Source: Octopus bimaculoides
Taxonomy: Eukaryota
Assembly (NCBI RefSeq): GCF_001194135.2
Contig: NC_068999.1
Span: forward strand, 17,921,680-17,974,881
Direction: 5' to 3'
DNA: 53,202 nt
The notes under the pieces were generated by a model, which was not told the origin of the DNA, ran no database searches, and saw nothing but the letters and a program-made list of their open reading frames with translations. This document shows, piece after piece, positions 38,577 through 52,783 of the stretch (position 1 is its first letter; every line of letters starts with the position of its first letter). Both the position numbers and the translations under genes were made by a program.

Positions 38577-40132
38577 TGAATGGATAGATAGATAGATAGA
38601 TAGATATATTCTTTCAATTTCATTATTAATATGTTATTTTCGTGTCATTACTCTTATTCGGCACACGGTTCTTTTACGATCTTATAACATTTATATGTAT
38701 ATTTTACTGTTTATATTCACATCGACGAACCACCAAACTCGAATCGAAAACGGCACCCTTATATTTTGAAAATCAGTCAACCAATCAAATTCAAATGTAT
38801 ATTTGTTGAATAGAATTATATTACATTACAATATATACCATAAAAAATCACGACTTTAATTCCGTATTCATCGCAACTCTGCCACGAGCACGAATGTTAG
38901 ACGCTGAATAACAGATTTGTGATAACTTTGCAACTTTCATAAAAGCATTTTCTTCTATCTTAGGCATTCGAGTGATATCGTTTTCCACCATGTTGTTCAT
39001 TTATGTACTCACAGATATCGGTATGTGTGTGTGTGTTTTTTTCTATTCTGCTGAACCTCCACGTACGTAAGTCTGCTACGAGAATAGGGTTGAATTATTT
39101 AAAACTTCGTGTATGGAAAATGGACTCACATTTGAGGCTACAATTACACGGCCTCTTTCATACATAACTTTCCATTAGAGATACGCTTTAGTTTTTCGAG
39201 CATTCTCGGAAGTTTTTTGTTACATCGATGTTTTCCGAAATATTTTTTTAACATTATCTTGAAGTGTTTTCTGATGGGCTTTCATAGGAATCACCTCATC
39301 TAAGAATAAATGTTCTATGTTTTACATTCAAAAGTATTTTCTTTATATGATTAGTATATTTTGTTCTTATTACACTAATGATATTTTATATACACTTCTA
39401 TTTATCGTGCTATCAAATATATGCACATAAATCATATTATTTTTCAGAATTTCTTATCCAGTAAATGTCGTTATTACTTACAGTGCAGGTAAAAAAACAA
39501 TTAAGATTTCCATACGTATATATCAAAAACAAACACACACATACACATTGAAATAGCAACACAAACAGATTGTTTGACCCGGAATATGATGTATGATATT
39601 GTACATGAAGGAGGTTTAAAAGAGTAAGAGGACAAAAATGGTATGACAAACAAAAAGAACATACAATTACCACGAATAAAAATGCTATTTGATGCATATT
39701 GTTTTCGTTGTCACTCAGAAACAGAAAGAGGTAAACACTACAAAATGAAATCAAACAAAAAGAGAAAATGAAAAGGAAGTAGCGTATATTTGTCAGGAGA
39801 AAGAATGGATTTATAAGACTAATAGGATTGTCTCGTTGTCACTTCTCTAAGCAAACATTGTTCCTTCATTGAAGTGACAAATCAGAGAGTTGCTCAATTC
39901 TAATATTTCCCATATATATATATATANNNNNNNNNNNNNNNNNNNNNNNNNNNNNNNNNNNNNNNNNNNNNNNNNNNNNNNNNNNNNNNNNNNNNNNNNN
40001 NNNNNNNNNNNNNNNNNNNNNNNNNNNNNNNNNNNNNNNNNNNNNNNNNNNNNNNNNNNNNNNNNNNNNNNNNNNNNNNNNNNNNNNNNNNNNNNNNNNN
40101 NNNNNNNNNNNNNNNNNNNNNNNNNNNNNNNN

Positions 40133-40165
<33 letters not shown>

Positions 40166-41034
40166 TGCATACCCACAAACTCGAACACACACAAACACAG
40201 ACACACGCACACACACACACGCACACACATACACGCACACACATATGTACATGAGCAGGCATATTTGTGCAGGAAGGATTTTGCTTCTATACAATATATT
40301 TCCATGTTTCGTCCTCGTACATGGAACTTTGAGCAAGTGCTTTCTGCTATAGACACCGACCAACGCCAGCCTCGTGTTTCGATTTGGAGGCAGAAGCACA
40401 AATATGCTATCGTACATATATTGGCAGTTATTTGTATAAAGAGATATAAAAGTAAAACGAATGAACTACAACGAGGAAACAATGGATGGTTCATTTCTCT
40501 ATTTAAAATGAAATGTCTTTATTATTTATACGTCACCAATAAATTTTCAATTCGTATGTAATCATCCTATTATTATATCTGTTTCTATGAGGCATTTTAA
40601 AATTTGTCATTCAAAACAAAAAATATCGATAATCACAAACATCATGTTATGTTTTTCCTTGCGACATAATTATAATAAATTCAGCTGAAGATTCAATTCT
40701 ATAAATGAGCAGAGCTTTAGCAAACTCCATTAGTTGTCATAGCTAACTTATGACAAATATTTCTATCGAAATGCTCCACTCACCTAAGCTTATTGCTACT
40801 TTATTTATCCTTGACTGTTTCACATTTTATTCCGCGTAGTAAAATATCTGTCAACATTTATTACATGAAAGGAAGCGAAAAAAAAAACCCGACTAGAAAG
40901 CATAAGATATAATAGTTCCGTATGGTTTGAGTTAACATATTTTATGACCATCTAGATTTTATGATGCGTTTTCGAGAAAGGAAATATAAGAGATGTTTTG
41001 ACATATGTCAATATATGCAACGCTCACAGTTATA

Positions 41035-41145
41035 CCTACGTGCCTGCTTGCATGCGTACCTACGTGCCTGCCTACGTGCCTGCCTACATACGTACCTACC
41101 TACCTATCTACCAGCCTGCTTCCTTGGCTGCTTACCTACCTACGA
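41035..41145. repeat. Degenerate 4-bp (TGCC/TACC/TACG) array with 12-bp higher-order unit cctacgtgcctg
   Basis: Read directly from the sequence. Confidence 0.85.
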
Positions 41146-43443
41146 ATCTAACGAATCACTTACCTGTCCATCTGTTTGTCTCCCTTCTATTTCTATTTAG
41201 AAAAATAGATATATGTAAATATTATATTTCTGTGTGTGTGAGCATACAGATATAAATAAATATACATACATATATATATATATGTGTGTGTTTATATATA
41301 TATATATATATATNNNNNNNNNNNNNNNNNNNNNNNNNNNNNNNNNNNNNNNNNNNNNNNNNNNNNNNNNNNNNNNNNNNNNNNNNNNNNNNNNNNNNNN
41401 NNNNNNNNNNNNNNNNNNNNNNNNNNNNNNNNNNNNNNNNNNNNNNNNNNNNNNNNNNNNNNNNNNNNNNNNNNNNNNNNNNNNNNNNNNNNNNNNNNNN
41501 NNNNNNNNNNNNNNNNNNNNNNNNNNNNNNNNNNNNNNNNNNNNNNNNNNNNNNNNNNNNNNNNNNNNNNNNNNNNNNNNNNNNNNNNNNNNNNNNNNNN
41601 NNNNNNNNNNNNNNNNNNNNNNNNNNNNNNNNNNNNNNNNNNNNNNNNNNNNNNNNNNNNNNNNNNNNNNNNNNNNNNNNNNNNNNNNNNNNNNNNNNNN
41701 NNNNNNNNNNNNNNNNNNNNNNNNNNNNNNNNNNNNNNNNNNNNNNNNNNNNNNNNNNNNNNNNNNNNNNNNNNNNNNNNNNNNNNNNNNNNNNNNNNNN
41801 NNNNNNNNNNNNNNNNNNNNNNNNNNNNNNNNNNNNNNNNNNNNNNNNNNNNNNNNNNNNNNNNNNNNNNNNNNNNNNNNNNNNNNNNNNNNNNNNNNNN
41901 NNNNNNNNNNNNNNNNNNNNNNNNNNNNNNNNNNNNNNNNNNNNNNNNNNNNNNNNNNNNNNNNNNNNNNNNNNNNNNNNNNNNNNNNNNNNNNNNNNNN
42001 NNNNNNNNNNNNNNNNNNNNNNNNNNNNNNNNNNNNNNNNNNNNNNNNNNNNNNNNNNNNNNNNNNNNNNNNNTATATATATATATATATATATATTAAT
42101 AATAAAGGAGTTACGACGCAAACACGTATATATTCAAATTTATCTTCTTCAATATATATTTCAGTATAAAGAATTCATTAAGAGACTTAATAAATCAAAA
42201 TTTCTTTACACATCTTCAGGAATAAATATAACACCAGAAAACTACATTCGGTTTAAAAATACAAACCGTTCATGGCGAAAAAAATTCACAATTACAAAAA
42301 CCCAACAAAATGTTTTAAAGTGTTTGCAAAAAGAACGCTATTACCTGCATGCACGCATCCGCGTGTGCGCCCGTGCACACACGCACGCACGTCAAGCAAG
42401 CCTGTTGTTTCCGCTATTAGACGTGACTAGATAAAACCCTCAGGCATTAGATTGCCGACCAGCCTCGTTGGCTGGAGTCATACCTCCACCTTGTGTGTCT
42501 TTGCATTGCAGTGCTTGTCCTCTATCAGTCGAGTTTTGTGAAGGCTGAAACAAAGGAACAGCGTGAAATTCCCTTTTTCGATGGTGAAAACGGCGGCCTA
42601 AGCAGTTGTCATGCTTCAAGCAGCTTACATATATTAACTCTGCATGTTACCAAAGATATTTTCGTACAAAAAATTGTCTAATATTTCTTTAACATTATTT
42701 TGCATGGGAGAAATATTCCTTCTTGGAAAGCGAATTTTTTGTTATAATTAGAGGAATGATATGTTTTGAAATTCCATAATGTAAAAGAAGAAAGAGTCTC
42801 GTGACGCCAAACGTTAACGTTGCTTGTATAGGCTTTTAAATATCTTACAATAGAGTAGCAAAAGATTTTTTTGCAAAAGAAATTTAGTTGTTGCTTATAT
42901 TGGAATCGGTTAACAAATCAAATTAATGATCTACCTCATAGTATTGAGTACTTGGTGTTTCTATCTACAGAGGTGCTTACAAATACTCTCTCATATATAC
43001 ACACTCTCACATACAGATGCACGCANNNNNNNNNNGTATAATAGTTTCGTAGCTAGGAACAATAAATAGCAGCAGACACATCTCACGCTTAGCATTGACC
43101 TCTTTTTCAAAAATCTATAGAATATATCTAAATCATATTTTACCAAAAAGTATTGATCAATGACATTATTACGTTGGGAGGGAGTACAGTTATCACTAAG
43201 AAATTCTAAAGAGTGATTCATATGTCCATAGAAATACAATGTAGTTTGCAAAGATGTTCCTCTGTAGTATACCTAGGACTATTATTCTTGAAGGAATGAA
43301 TAGCATTCATTATGTCATTCAAATGTATCCGTTTTCATTCTCAGAACCTATACAAATCTGTTCTGAGAATCGTTCGACCACAGAGAACAGACAGCTATAT
43401 GCTTATGCATACACATACACACTCACTAATACACATACACTCA

Positions 43444-43475
<32 letters not shown>

Positions 43476-45009
43476 NNNNNNNNNNNNNNNNNNNNNNNNN
43501 NNNNNNNNNNNNNNNNNNNNNNNNNNNNNNNNNNNNNNNNNNNNNNNNNNNNNNNNNNNNNNNNNNNNNNNNNNNNNNNNNNNNNNNNNNNNNNNNNNNN
43601 NNNNNNNNNNNNNNNNNNNNNNNNNNNNNNNNNNNNNNNNNNNNNNNNNNNNNNNNNNNNNNNNNNNNNNNNNNNNNNNNNNNNNNNNNNNNNNNNNNNN
43701 NNNNNNNNNNNNNNNNNNNNNNNNNNNNNNNNNNNNNNNNNNNNNNNNNNNNNNNNNNNNNNNNNNNNNNNNNNNNNNNNNNNNNNNNNNNNNNNNNNNN
43801 NNNNNNNNNNNNNNNNNNNNNNNNNNNNNNNNNNNNNNNNNNNNNNNNNNNNNNNNNNNNNNNNNNNNNNNNNNNNNNNNNNNNNNNNNNNNNNNNNNNN
43901 NNNNNNNNNNNNNNNNNNNNNNNNNNNNNNNNNNNNNNNNNNNNNNNNNNNNNNNNNNNNNNNNNNNNNNNNNNNNNNNNNNNNNNNNNNNNNNNNNNNN
44001 NNNNNNNNNNNNNNNNNNNNNNNNNNNNNNNNNNNNNNNNNNNATATCACAATGCACATATAGATTTCTACCCGCACAAGTATACACTTGTATTTGTACG
44101 AATATATATACGTAAATGTACATAAGTATATGTTATTTAAGACAAGACCGCTAAAATGCAATGCCTGTGATAAAGGTTACATTGAAACTTATGTATTTGT
44201 TTTTATATGTACAATTCTCTTGTTCGTAAATTGTTGCTATGTTTTGAATTTAGTTTAAACAACCTTAGGTTATGATGCAATATTCCAGGAAGTGAGTTTT
44301 GGGTTTAGTTGTCTAAGTTTAGTAGAGAGTGAGCGTGAATGTTCACAGGGTTACATTCGTTAGGAGATGACATTCTACACATATACTCTTCCATTTCGAA
44401 GGAGAAAAGGAGTTATCTTGTATGTTGTCGTAGACGCAAATGCGAGCTGAATCAGACAACATCTGATAAATCGCATATTTGGAGTGAATATAATGTTTAC
44501 ATCGACGCGAAGCTTAACGTATTATTTAATTTTTTTTTAATGCTGTAGAGGCGTCTTTGAAGAAGAAGGGATATTTGGTAATTATATTTAGAAGTTCAAG
44601 CTTCTAAATTGATACACCAACGGTGGCACATCTGCTTTTATTGTATGGAGAGATGAAGCTGTGTGATTTGTTATATACTGAGGTGACTAAGCATTTGACC
44701 ATATTTGAATACCAGAGTCTATGTTATCTCTGAGGAAAACAATAAGTAAAATGAAATATATCACTGGAAGGATAGGAAGTATATTCTGATTCGAACTATT
44801 TAGAACTATTGGTAGAAAACGAACTGCCGCATCAAAGAATCCCACTGTGATACACACATTTGTAATATAACGATCAAAATTTAATCAAGACTCAAATATA
44901 CTCAGGCTTCAAAGTCATCCAATTGATTATGATGCAGATTTTGCATTCTGGGAACGAATATGTGTATTAGTTGGAATCTCTGGTGTGGAGAATGCAGCCA
45001 ACCCAGGAG

Positions 45010-45120
45010 ACGGAGAGCTGAAAGAAAAAGACCTGAGAGATGTACTTCATTTAATTTCTGGCAAAGTATATGCACGAGTTCCTGCTAGACTACTGGACAC
45101 AAATCAACTCTGTGGGTAGT
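45010..45120 (+). mobile_element. Possible short RTE-like RT fragment
   Basis: ISGKVYARVPARLL..QLCG resembles the RT N-terminal GKVYARVL..RL..QCGF motif; single short motif only. Confidence 0.35.
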
Positions 45121-45210
45121 CTAATGCGGCATGTTTGTAACTCACACAATGAGGTCTTCGGGAAAATCTACTATTTATACATGCATACATACATACATAC
45201 ATACATACAT

Positions 45211-45260
<50 letters not shown>

Positions 45261-45317
45261 NNNNNNNNNNNNNNNNNNNNNNNNNNNNNNNNNNNNNNNN
45301 NNNNNNNNNNNNNNNNN

Positions 45318-45348
<31 letters not shown>

Positions 45349-45377
45349 AATGCATATACTTATGTTCATGTGTGTAA

Positions 45378-45590
45378 GACTGTGTTTGTCACTCTGCCAT
45401 AGCTTGGTAACCGAAGCTGGTTGGTTTATGTCACCGTAAGTTACAAATTCTTCAAAAGGACCAAGAGAATAAGTACTAAGCTTACAAAAATAAGTTTGGG
45501 GTTCGATTTCGTCGACTAAAAATCCGGTGAAGGCGGTGTTACTGCATGTTACATGACTGAAACCAGTAAAAGAATGAAAGAATAAACGAA
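45378..45590 (+). mobile_element. SINE 3' half (probably the same family as 3349-3508)
   Basis: tgtgtttgtc..gtttatgtcaccgtaag..agaataagtactaagcttacaaa..gttcgatt..gactaaa..aaggcggtg..tgactgaaaccagtaaaaga. Confidence 0.7.
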
Positions 45591-46958
45591 TGTCTGTGTG
45601 TGGGTATTCGTGTGTGAGTACGTTTCTGTTTGTATGGATGTCTGTAGGAATACACAATTTCGCCGAACAGATTTCATTCACTTGTTCACTATTAGCCCCG
45701 TTAATGTGTATTGAAATATTTACCAAATGAGTATTTTTACGTTATTTCTCATTTTAGGACATTGAATATATAATTATGACGGGATATATCGAGTAGTTTG
45801 GCAGACAGTATATATTTTGAAACCATGGCATCTGTCCTGAGAAGGAGGGAACACTTGACAAAAATAGCTGAAGAAACATTTGAAAACAACTAACACTAAT
45901 ACTGTGGTGATAGAGATTCAGAATAGAAACTATTCAAATTATTTTGATCAATGTAGCTAAGATCTGAAGAAAGAATAGAATGTATTTATACGGGCGCTCA
46001 ACATTTAAAAGCGAGCATATTACATATTAAATTCACTTGCGATGAATACCTTTACCAGTAGTTAGTAAATGATGATAATTTGTAAATCGGTTTCCTACTG
46101 CATTCTATTTTCGTATCCATTATAATATTAGAGCGATTTATATTGATAACTAAATGTGATGCTTAAATTGAAATATTATATTTTCTTCGCGGAAAGCACT
46201 TTTTAATACATAATGTACTTTTCTGCTCGATTTTACGTTATTACTAAAATAACTTCAATCGTTTTTCTAGTGTTTAAAGTCAATATTTTGAATGATAATT
46301 ACTTTTTTTAATAATACTGGAAAAATACATTTAGATGTATTGGAGTTATTGATACATATTCACAGAACATTTGAAATTAGATTTATGACTACCACTCTTT
46401 CATAAACTTGCCATTTGTCGATTCTGCTGATTTTGCAGAAAGTAATTATCAAAGAGATTCCTACACACCGAAAGTATATCCCAAAGGAGGTCTTTTTCGT
46501 AGTTTCTATTGTTGTTTGAATATATTATTATTACCTTTTTTTATTTTTATATAAGTTATCTAGGATATATTATAAAGCATCTGTAGTTATTTAAGAAGAT
46601 GTAATTTGCTATGAGCAGAATCCCATATTCTAATATACATCACATTTTCAGTTGTATATTATTACTTTCGGACTATAAGGTATGAAGTATCGATTTACAG
46701 TGCTGCATTGACACTCATGGTAACGTAAGGTAACATATGAGTAAGTAATTTCTCATTTATTGCAATGTTACGTTGCAGACGTGTTCAAAGAGTTAAGAGC
46801 AACGATACCTCTATGTAAGCAGCTGAGCACATGTAATAAGATATTACATTGATTTTGTTGAAAAGATAACTTCCCCGTTGCATAATGGTAAATGGAAATA
46901 TCATAATAAAAAGAGATTGAAATGAACGTTAGATAGGCAAGAATATAGAAAACCAAAA

Positions 46959-47009
<51 letters not shown>

Positions 47010-50000
47010 TGTGTGAGTGTGTGTTTGTGTGTTATGCGTACCAAAATTATACACCTGCACACATATATGTGTTGAGATAAACCGATAAGTAGAAGGAAAC
47101 TAACTGAGGGATGGAGTGGCAGATGCCATGATAAAAGACAATGGAAAAGAATGGTGATATATAAGTAATGTAATGTTCTTAACGGAACATTATTTGACCT
47201 TGGTAATAGGTCATACTGATCTTAATCCTCTACGTTCAGAGGCACGTTTTCATAGCTGAATCTTTCTTTCATATATATGCATGGCTAAATGTATGTATGC
47301 ATGAATGTGTATCTGTATATGCATGCATATCTACCTACCTGACTCTGTGTGTATAATTTGTGTGAGTGCATAATATCAGACATTGATTCCTACATCACCT
47401 CTCATGTACTTTCAAGCTGTGACCGACATATCTATCTATACACACACACACACACACGAAATTCTTCGATGTAATTTGTAAGATTGGTACGGTTAAAATA
47501 TGTCAGATGATCTTACAAAATGGGATTTGTTTTCAGAATTTCTTTATGAATTAAATTTTAAGCAATGGAGGTTAAACGGTCTTCATAGTTGATGAAAAGA
47601 AGAAATGGAAAACTTTTCTAATATAGTGAATGTATATTACAATGCTTATTGCTGTTTGAAGCCTAAACTTCATATAAAGCTGAGACTTAATAGGCAGTGG
47701 TTTTGAAAGCTGTCAATGCATCAAATTTCTTGTGATATTTACCGCATGATAATTGTTGGGCTCAGTGTGTTTGATACTAATTGATGTGAACTAACATTTG
47801 TTAACATGAATACTTTCAAAAATCATTACATGCTTGTAAATTTTTGAAGTTTGTCGGTCTTAATACTTTTGAAATATTTAATTATGCATATAGGTGCAAC
47901 AAAATAATTGGAAATAAATTTAACATCTATAAAGAAATACATTATACGGGAGACTAATATATCTAAGGAAGAAACTACTAGAATTTATAAAGTCTGTAAG
48001 CAAACTGAAACATATTTGAAAATGTTCGTATCAAAGCTAAATACATTTAATAATAAATAAATTAGATGACATTGAGAATGAAGTAATTTAATGTTTATAA
48101 TTAATTGACAGGTGGTTACGTTATGTACCAGTTAGATTTTTAAATAATTCAAAGCCAAACGGAAGCAACGATTCTAGATGTAAATAATAGCTGCAAGTAT
48201 TATATAAATTAAATGAATTGATGTAGAATACTTTTCCGCCAAATTCTAATCTTGTCTGCTGTTTGAGAATTTGGATCATTCTAAATTCTACAATATATAC
48301 TACTAATCAATTTAACTTATCCAGATGAAAATTCCTCATTGTCACCTGAAATTTATCTAAATGTTTGTCCAACCTTCATCATAACACAACTGAATCTGTA
48401 TACTGCATGAATATACTCTCAATATGTATAATAATCAATAATATATTTTCCTGTGATTTTCTAATCTTTGTTTTTCCGAGTAATTTACCAAGTCTTCCCG
48501 TATTGTGATGAATCATTACGTAAATATAAAAGATGGGATCCAAAAACCGAGGTTCAGTATAGTTGCTTTAATGATGAAATACTTGCGGCTCATATTTGTA
48601 GCAATGGTAGAGAAAACATATGCAGTGGTTGACAATCCCTAAGTCAAAACTTCGATCAAGTATATTGTAGTCGTTTTAATCCATTCCGTCTTTGTGTGTG
48701 TGTGTGTATAGTACTCCTGATTTCATTAGAAAAAAAAATGAACTTCAGACATTTTAATCTATGTTTTAGTTTAGGAAGACATATGATCCATAGAAGTAAT
48801 GTCATCGAGTAATCGTAAATATTCGAACGGGACATATCACGACGAAAGCGATTAAATGGTTCACACGGGCAACTAATTTGTTAAATGTTGGACAATTCTG
48901 TTCGATTGGTAATGGCACTAGATCTTCTACCACAGCTACCATTGCTATGGGCATCGACATCTTAATAGAAGAGAAAAAGATATTGAAAGAATTCGGGAGA
49001 CAATATAATTGTCTACTGTCAGTTTATTGTACAACTGGATGCAAATAGCAAGTGTTCATTTCAGATTTTTATAAATAGTTTTCCGGTAAGTGATTAAAAT
49101 CTGCTGCTACGAAGAATATAAGTAGAATATACTTATATTAGAAGACGATATAAAATTTTAAATGAACAGAATGAGAACAAAGCACCAAGATCAGATAAAA
49201 CCTCCACTGATATAATGGAGATCATTCTAAGCAGATGTTACGACTGTGATAAAAGTAGTACAAATATGAATCCATATGATAAATAACGAATGAAAAATGA
49301 ATAATAAATGCCATTACCTAAATTTCGTTACTTAATAATTGAATTTATGTTTGTATTAACTAGATGACTATAAACATTCCTTTAACAATACGTTAAAAAT
49401 TCACATATGCGTTCACATCAGCATATTGTGTGTGTGTACAAGCGTGTGCATGTGAATGTGTGTGTGAGAGTGTGTATGTGTGTATCTCTGTGTGTCTGTG
49501 TCTGTTTATGAGTGTGCGTTTGCGCCTGTATGTATAAAGAAAGAGAAACATGCTTATTTTTGTATTTATAACTATGTATGATTACGTGCATACGCTTAGA
49601 TAGACACATACGCACGTAAATGCATACACACACGTATATACATACACCAAACATGGGCATAATGATGTGAAATTATAGATACAAACCTAAATTTTATTCG
49701 AATCTCCAGCCACAATAAAACCGTATACTTCAATAGTAACTATTGCAAATAAATGAATTGTACTTAATATGTAAACACAAAGGAAAGCTATTATGGCTGT
49801 TGCCACTTCGAAACCACTAAGTTCAAAATGGTTCTATGAAATTGCCGAAATTTCTAGAGGTTGTTAAGCTCTGATGATTAATTTCTACATAACAACCGTC
49901 GCTGTGTGCATATATATTTCATTGGTTGATCTGGTATGTGTGTATCCGTCACGGCAATTGTTTTAATGGTTTTTCACTTTTACTATAAAATTACTTCAAC

Positions 50001-50496
50001 TTCTCTTCTTAAGTATTACCATTGTTGCGGCGATTCTTACCGACTGAAAGAAGTATCTGGTATATCTTCATTGAAGTTTCATTTTGCATTACAATATAGA
50101 TTTTTGGCACTTTAAGATACATACAGACACAGGCACACACGCGCACATATAAGTATATGTATACCCCCCCCCCATATATATATATATATATATATATANN
50201 NNNNNNNNNNNNNNNNNNNNNNNNNNNNNNNNNNNNNNNNNNNNNNNNNNNNNNNNNNNNNNNNNNNNNNNNNNNNNNNNNNNNNNNNNNNNNNNNNNNN
50301 NNNNNNNNNNNNNNNNNNNNNNNNNNNNNNNNNNNNNNNNNNNNNNNNNNNNNNNNNNNNNNNNNNNNNNNNNNNNNNNNNNNNNNNNNATATATTGATA
50401 GAAAAGGTAAGACAACAAAAGAAAGAGACCTCAATATTATGTAAATAGAAGAATTTATCTGTAAATAATAAATGACAATTATTCGGTAGCCATGAT

Positions 50497-50616
50497 AAAA
50501 CTCCGAGTTTCGGATGTCGGGGCAAAAACCCACGCCGCCATCTCTGGCACTGAAGAGATTTCCGCCTCTGAAGAGATTTCTGGGTTTCCGCCCTGACATC
50601 CGAAACTCGGAGTTTT
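50497..50616. mobile_element. 120-bp MITE-like element with 36-bp TIRs
   Basis: 50497-50532 versus the reverse complement of 50581-50616 match 33/36; internal direct repeat ctgaagagatttc x2; TA adjacent at both ends. Confidence 0.8.
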
Positions 50617-50698
50617 TATGTATGTATGTATGTGTGTATGTATGTATGTATCTATGTATGTTTGAATGTATGTATGTTTGAATGTATGTATGTATGTA
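50617..50698. repeat. (TATG)n microsatellite
   Basis: Read directly from the sequence. Confidence 0.95.
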
Positions 50699-52193
50699 CG
50701 TTAAATTTTCCGTTTGTTGCCTTTGTATTTCATCCAGAAAATATTGTTTACGTAAGGCATGCGCCTCTTAATTTTTACTGATATACATATATTTTAACCG
50801 TCCCCCACACACATGTATACATATATTTATACGTGTGTGTATATGTATGTGTATATATATACACGTGTGCATGCGTATGTATGTATAGGCTCACAGATGT
50901 AAGCATATAGTTACCACACGAATATGAAAGGTGTAGTGAAACGATAGTGTTTAACCAGAAAACAAAATGTTCCTCAGAGTTTCACGTCAAGCATTTTTGA
51001 ATGATTATATCAATGTCGTGGCTTTTCTTATAGCCTGTATTGCATTGATCACCTCTTTATTGTAAGAATAGGCTAAGATCTATATTTTATCCTATTTTGG
51101 GTTTTGTGGCGTTATATACACCTTATAGACACACCTATTCAGTTTATCACTTTCTATGAAAATGGTTAGAAAATTGCTAGAGACATATATAACTCTAATA
51201 TATGTATGTATATANNNNNNNNNNNNNNNNNNNNNNNNNNNNNNNNNNNNNNNNNNNNNNNNNNNNNNNNNNNNNNNNNNNNNNNNNNNNNNNNNNNNNN
51301 NNNNNNNNNNNNNNNNNNNNNNNNNNNNNNNNNNNNNNNNNNNNNNNNNNNNNNNNNNNNNNNNNNNNNNNNNNNNNNNNNNNNNNNNNNNNNNNNNNNN
51401 NNNNNNNNNNNNNNNNNNNNNNNNNNNNNNNNNNNNNNNNNNNNNNNNNNNNNNNNNNNNNNNNNNNNNNNNNNNNNNNNNNNNNNNNNNNNNNNNNNNN
51501 NNNNNNNNNNNNNNNNNNNNNNNNNNNNNNNNNNNNNNNNNNNNNNNNNNNNNNNNNNNNNNNNNNNNNNNNNNNNNNNNNNNNNNNNNNNNNNNNNNNN
51601 NNNNNNNNNNNNNNNNNNNNNNNNNNNNNNNNNNNNNNNNNNNNNNNNNNNNNNNNNNNNNNNNNNNNNNNNNNNNNNNNNNNNNNNNNNNNNNNNNNNN
51701 NNNNNNNNNNNNNNNNNNNNNNNNNNNNNNNNNNNNNNNNNNNNNNNNNNNNNNNNNNNNNNNNNNNNNNNNNNNNNNNNNNNNNNNNNNNNNNNNNNNN
51801 NNNNNNNNNNNNNNNNNNNNNNNNNNNNNNNNNNNNNNNNNNNNNNNNNNNNNNNNNNNNNNNNNNNNNNNNNNNNNNNNNNNNNNNNNNNNNNNNNNNN
51901 NNNNNNNNNNNNNNNNNNNNNNNNNNNNNNNNNNNNNNNNNNNNNNNNNNNNNNNNNNNNNNNNNNNNNNNNNNNNNNNNNNNNNNNNNNNNNNNNNNNN
52001 NNNNNNNNNNNNNNNNNNNNNNNNNNNNNNNNNNNNNNNNNNNNNNNNNNNNNNNNNNNNNNNNNNNNNNNNNNNNNNNNNNNNNNNNNNNNNNNNNNNN
52101 NNNNNNNNNNNNNNNNNNNNNNNNNNNNNNNNNNNNNNNNNNNNNNNNNNNNNNNNNNNNNNNNNNNNNNNNNNNNNNNNNNNNNNNNNNNNN

Positions 52194-52227
<34 letters not shown>

Positions 52228-52783
52228 TACGTGTGTGTGTGTGTTTGTCTATGCATATGTATATATATATTCCCTAATACATATAGCAATATATTTTTCA
52301 AATAGGTCATAATGCTATTGCATAGAAAAATGCAAGCACGAGAGATAATATTCTTAAGATCACAAATCTGGAAAAGTACTGGACACGTTTTTACATTTGG
52401 AAAAATTCACGACAAGTTATTACATATGGTAAAGTGCACAACAAGAACTTTGTTACTTAAAATGTTGCAGCTAAGGATAAAATTTCGAATAAAATATTTA
52501 GATTTAGAAAATATTTAGCTTATTCCTTCCATTTGTTATTACTTCTAATTGTTATTGTTACTTCTATTAAAAATATAAATAACTCAATTAGAATATTTTA
52601 TACTTTAAAAAAATCCTTTTTTAAATATTAATTAATAATTATAAATTAGAAAATAGGTTATAATAATAATAATAATAGTGCATAATTAGTTAGTACAATA
52701 AATAGCATAATACAAAATTTAGTTACACATTACAGTACATCTACATATAACCGTCTATTCACAGTAAGATTTGCATACGTTAG

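Larger units (their letters stand above)
3040..52193. other. 13 assembly gaps: 3040-3329, 9388-9503, 13449-13531, 27271-27509, 32608-33573, 38277-38499, 39927-40132, 41314-42073, 43026-43035, 43476-44043, 45261-45317, 50199-50389, 51215-52193
   Basis: N runs, about 4.7 kb in total. Confidence 0.99.

Noticed and set aside
38850-39075. Exon suggested by GTAAGT/GTGAGT donor-like sites and a 50-aa minus-strand ORF
   Set aside because: No matching acceptor or protein similarity; such hexamers are common.
50550-50580. Hammerhead core (CTGAAGAG x2) or CRISPR-like repeat
   Set aside because: No GAAA strand after a helix; only two 13-bp units with a 5-bp spacer, in eukaryotic DNA without cas genes.
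984-52518. Most ORF-track entries (poly-I/L/N/V, HT/CV/YI repeats, X-runs) as host genes
   Set aside because: They are translations of microsatellites or N gaps, or antisense frames of TE relics.
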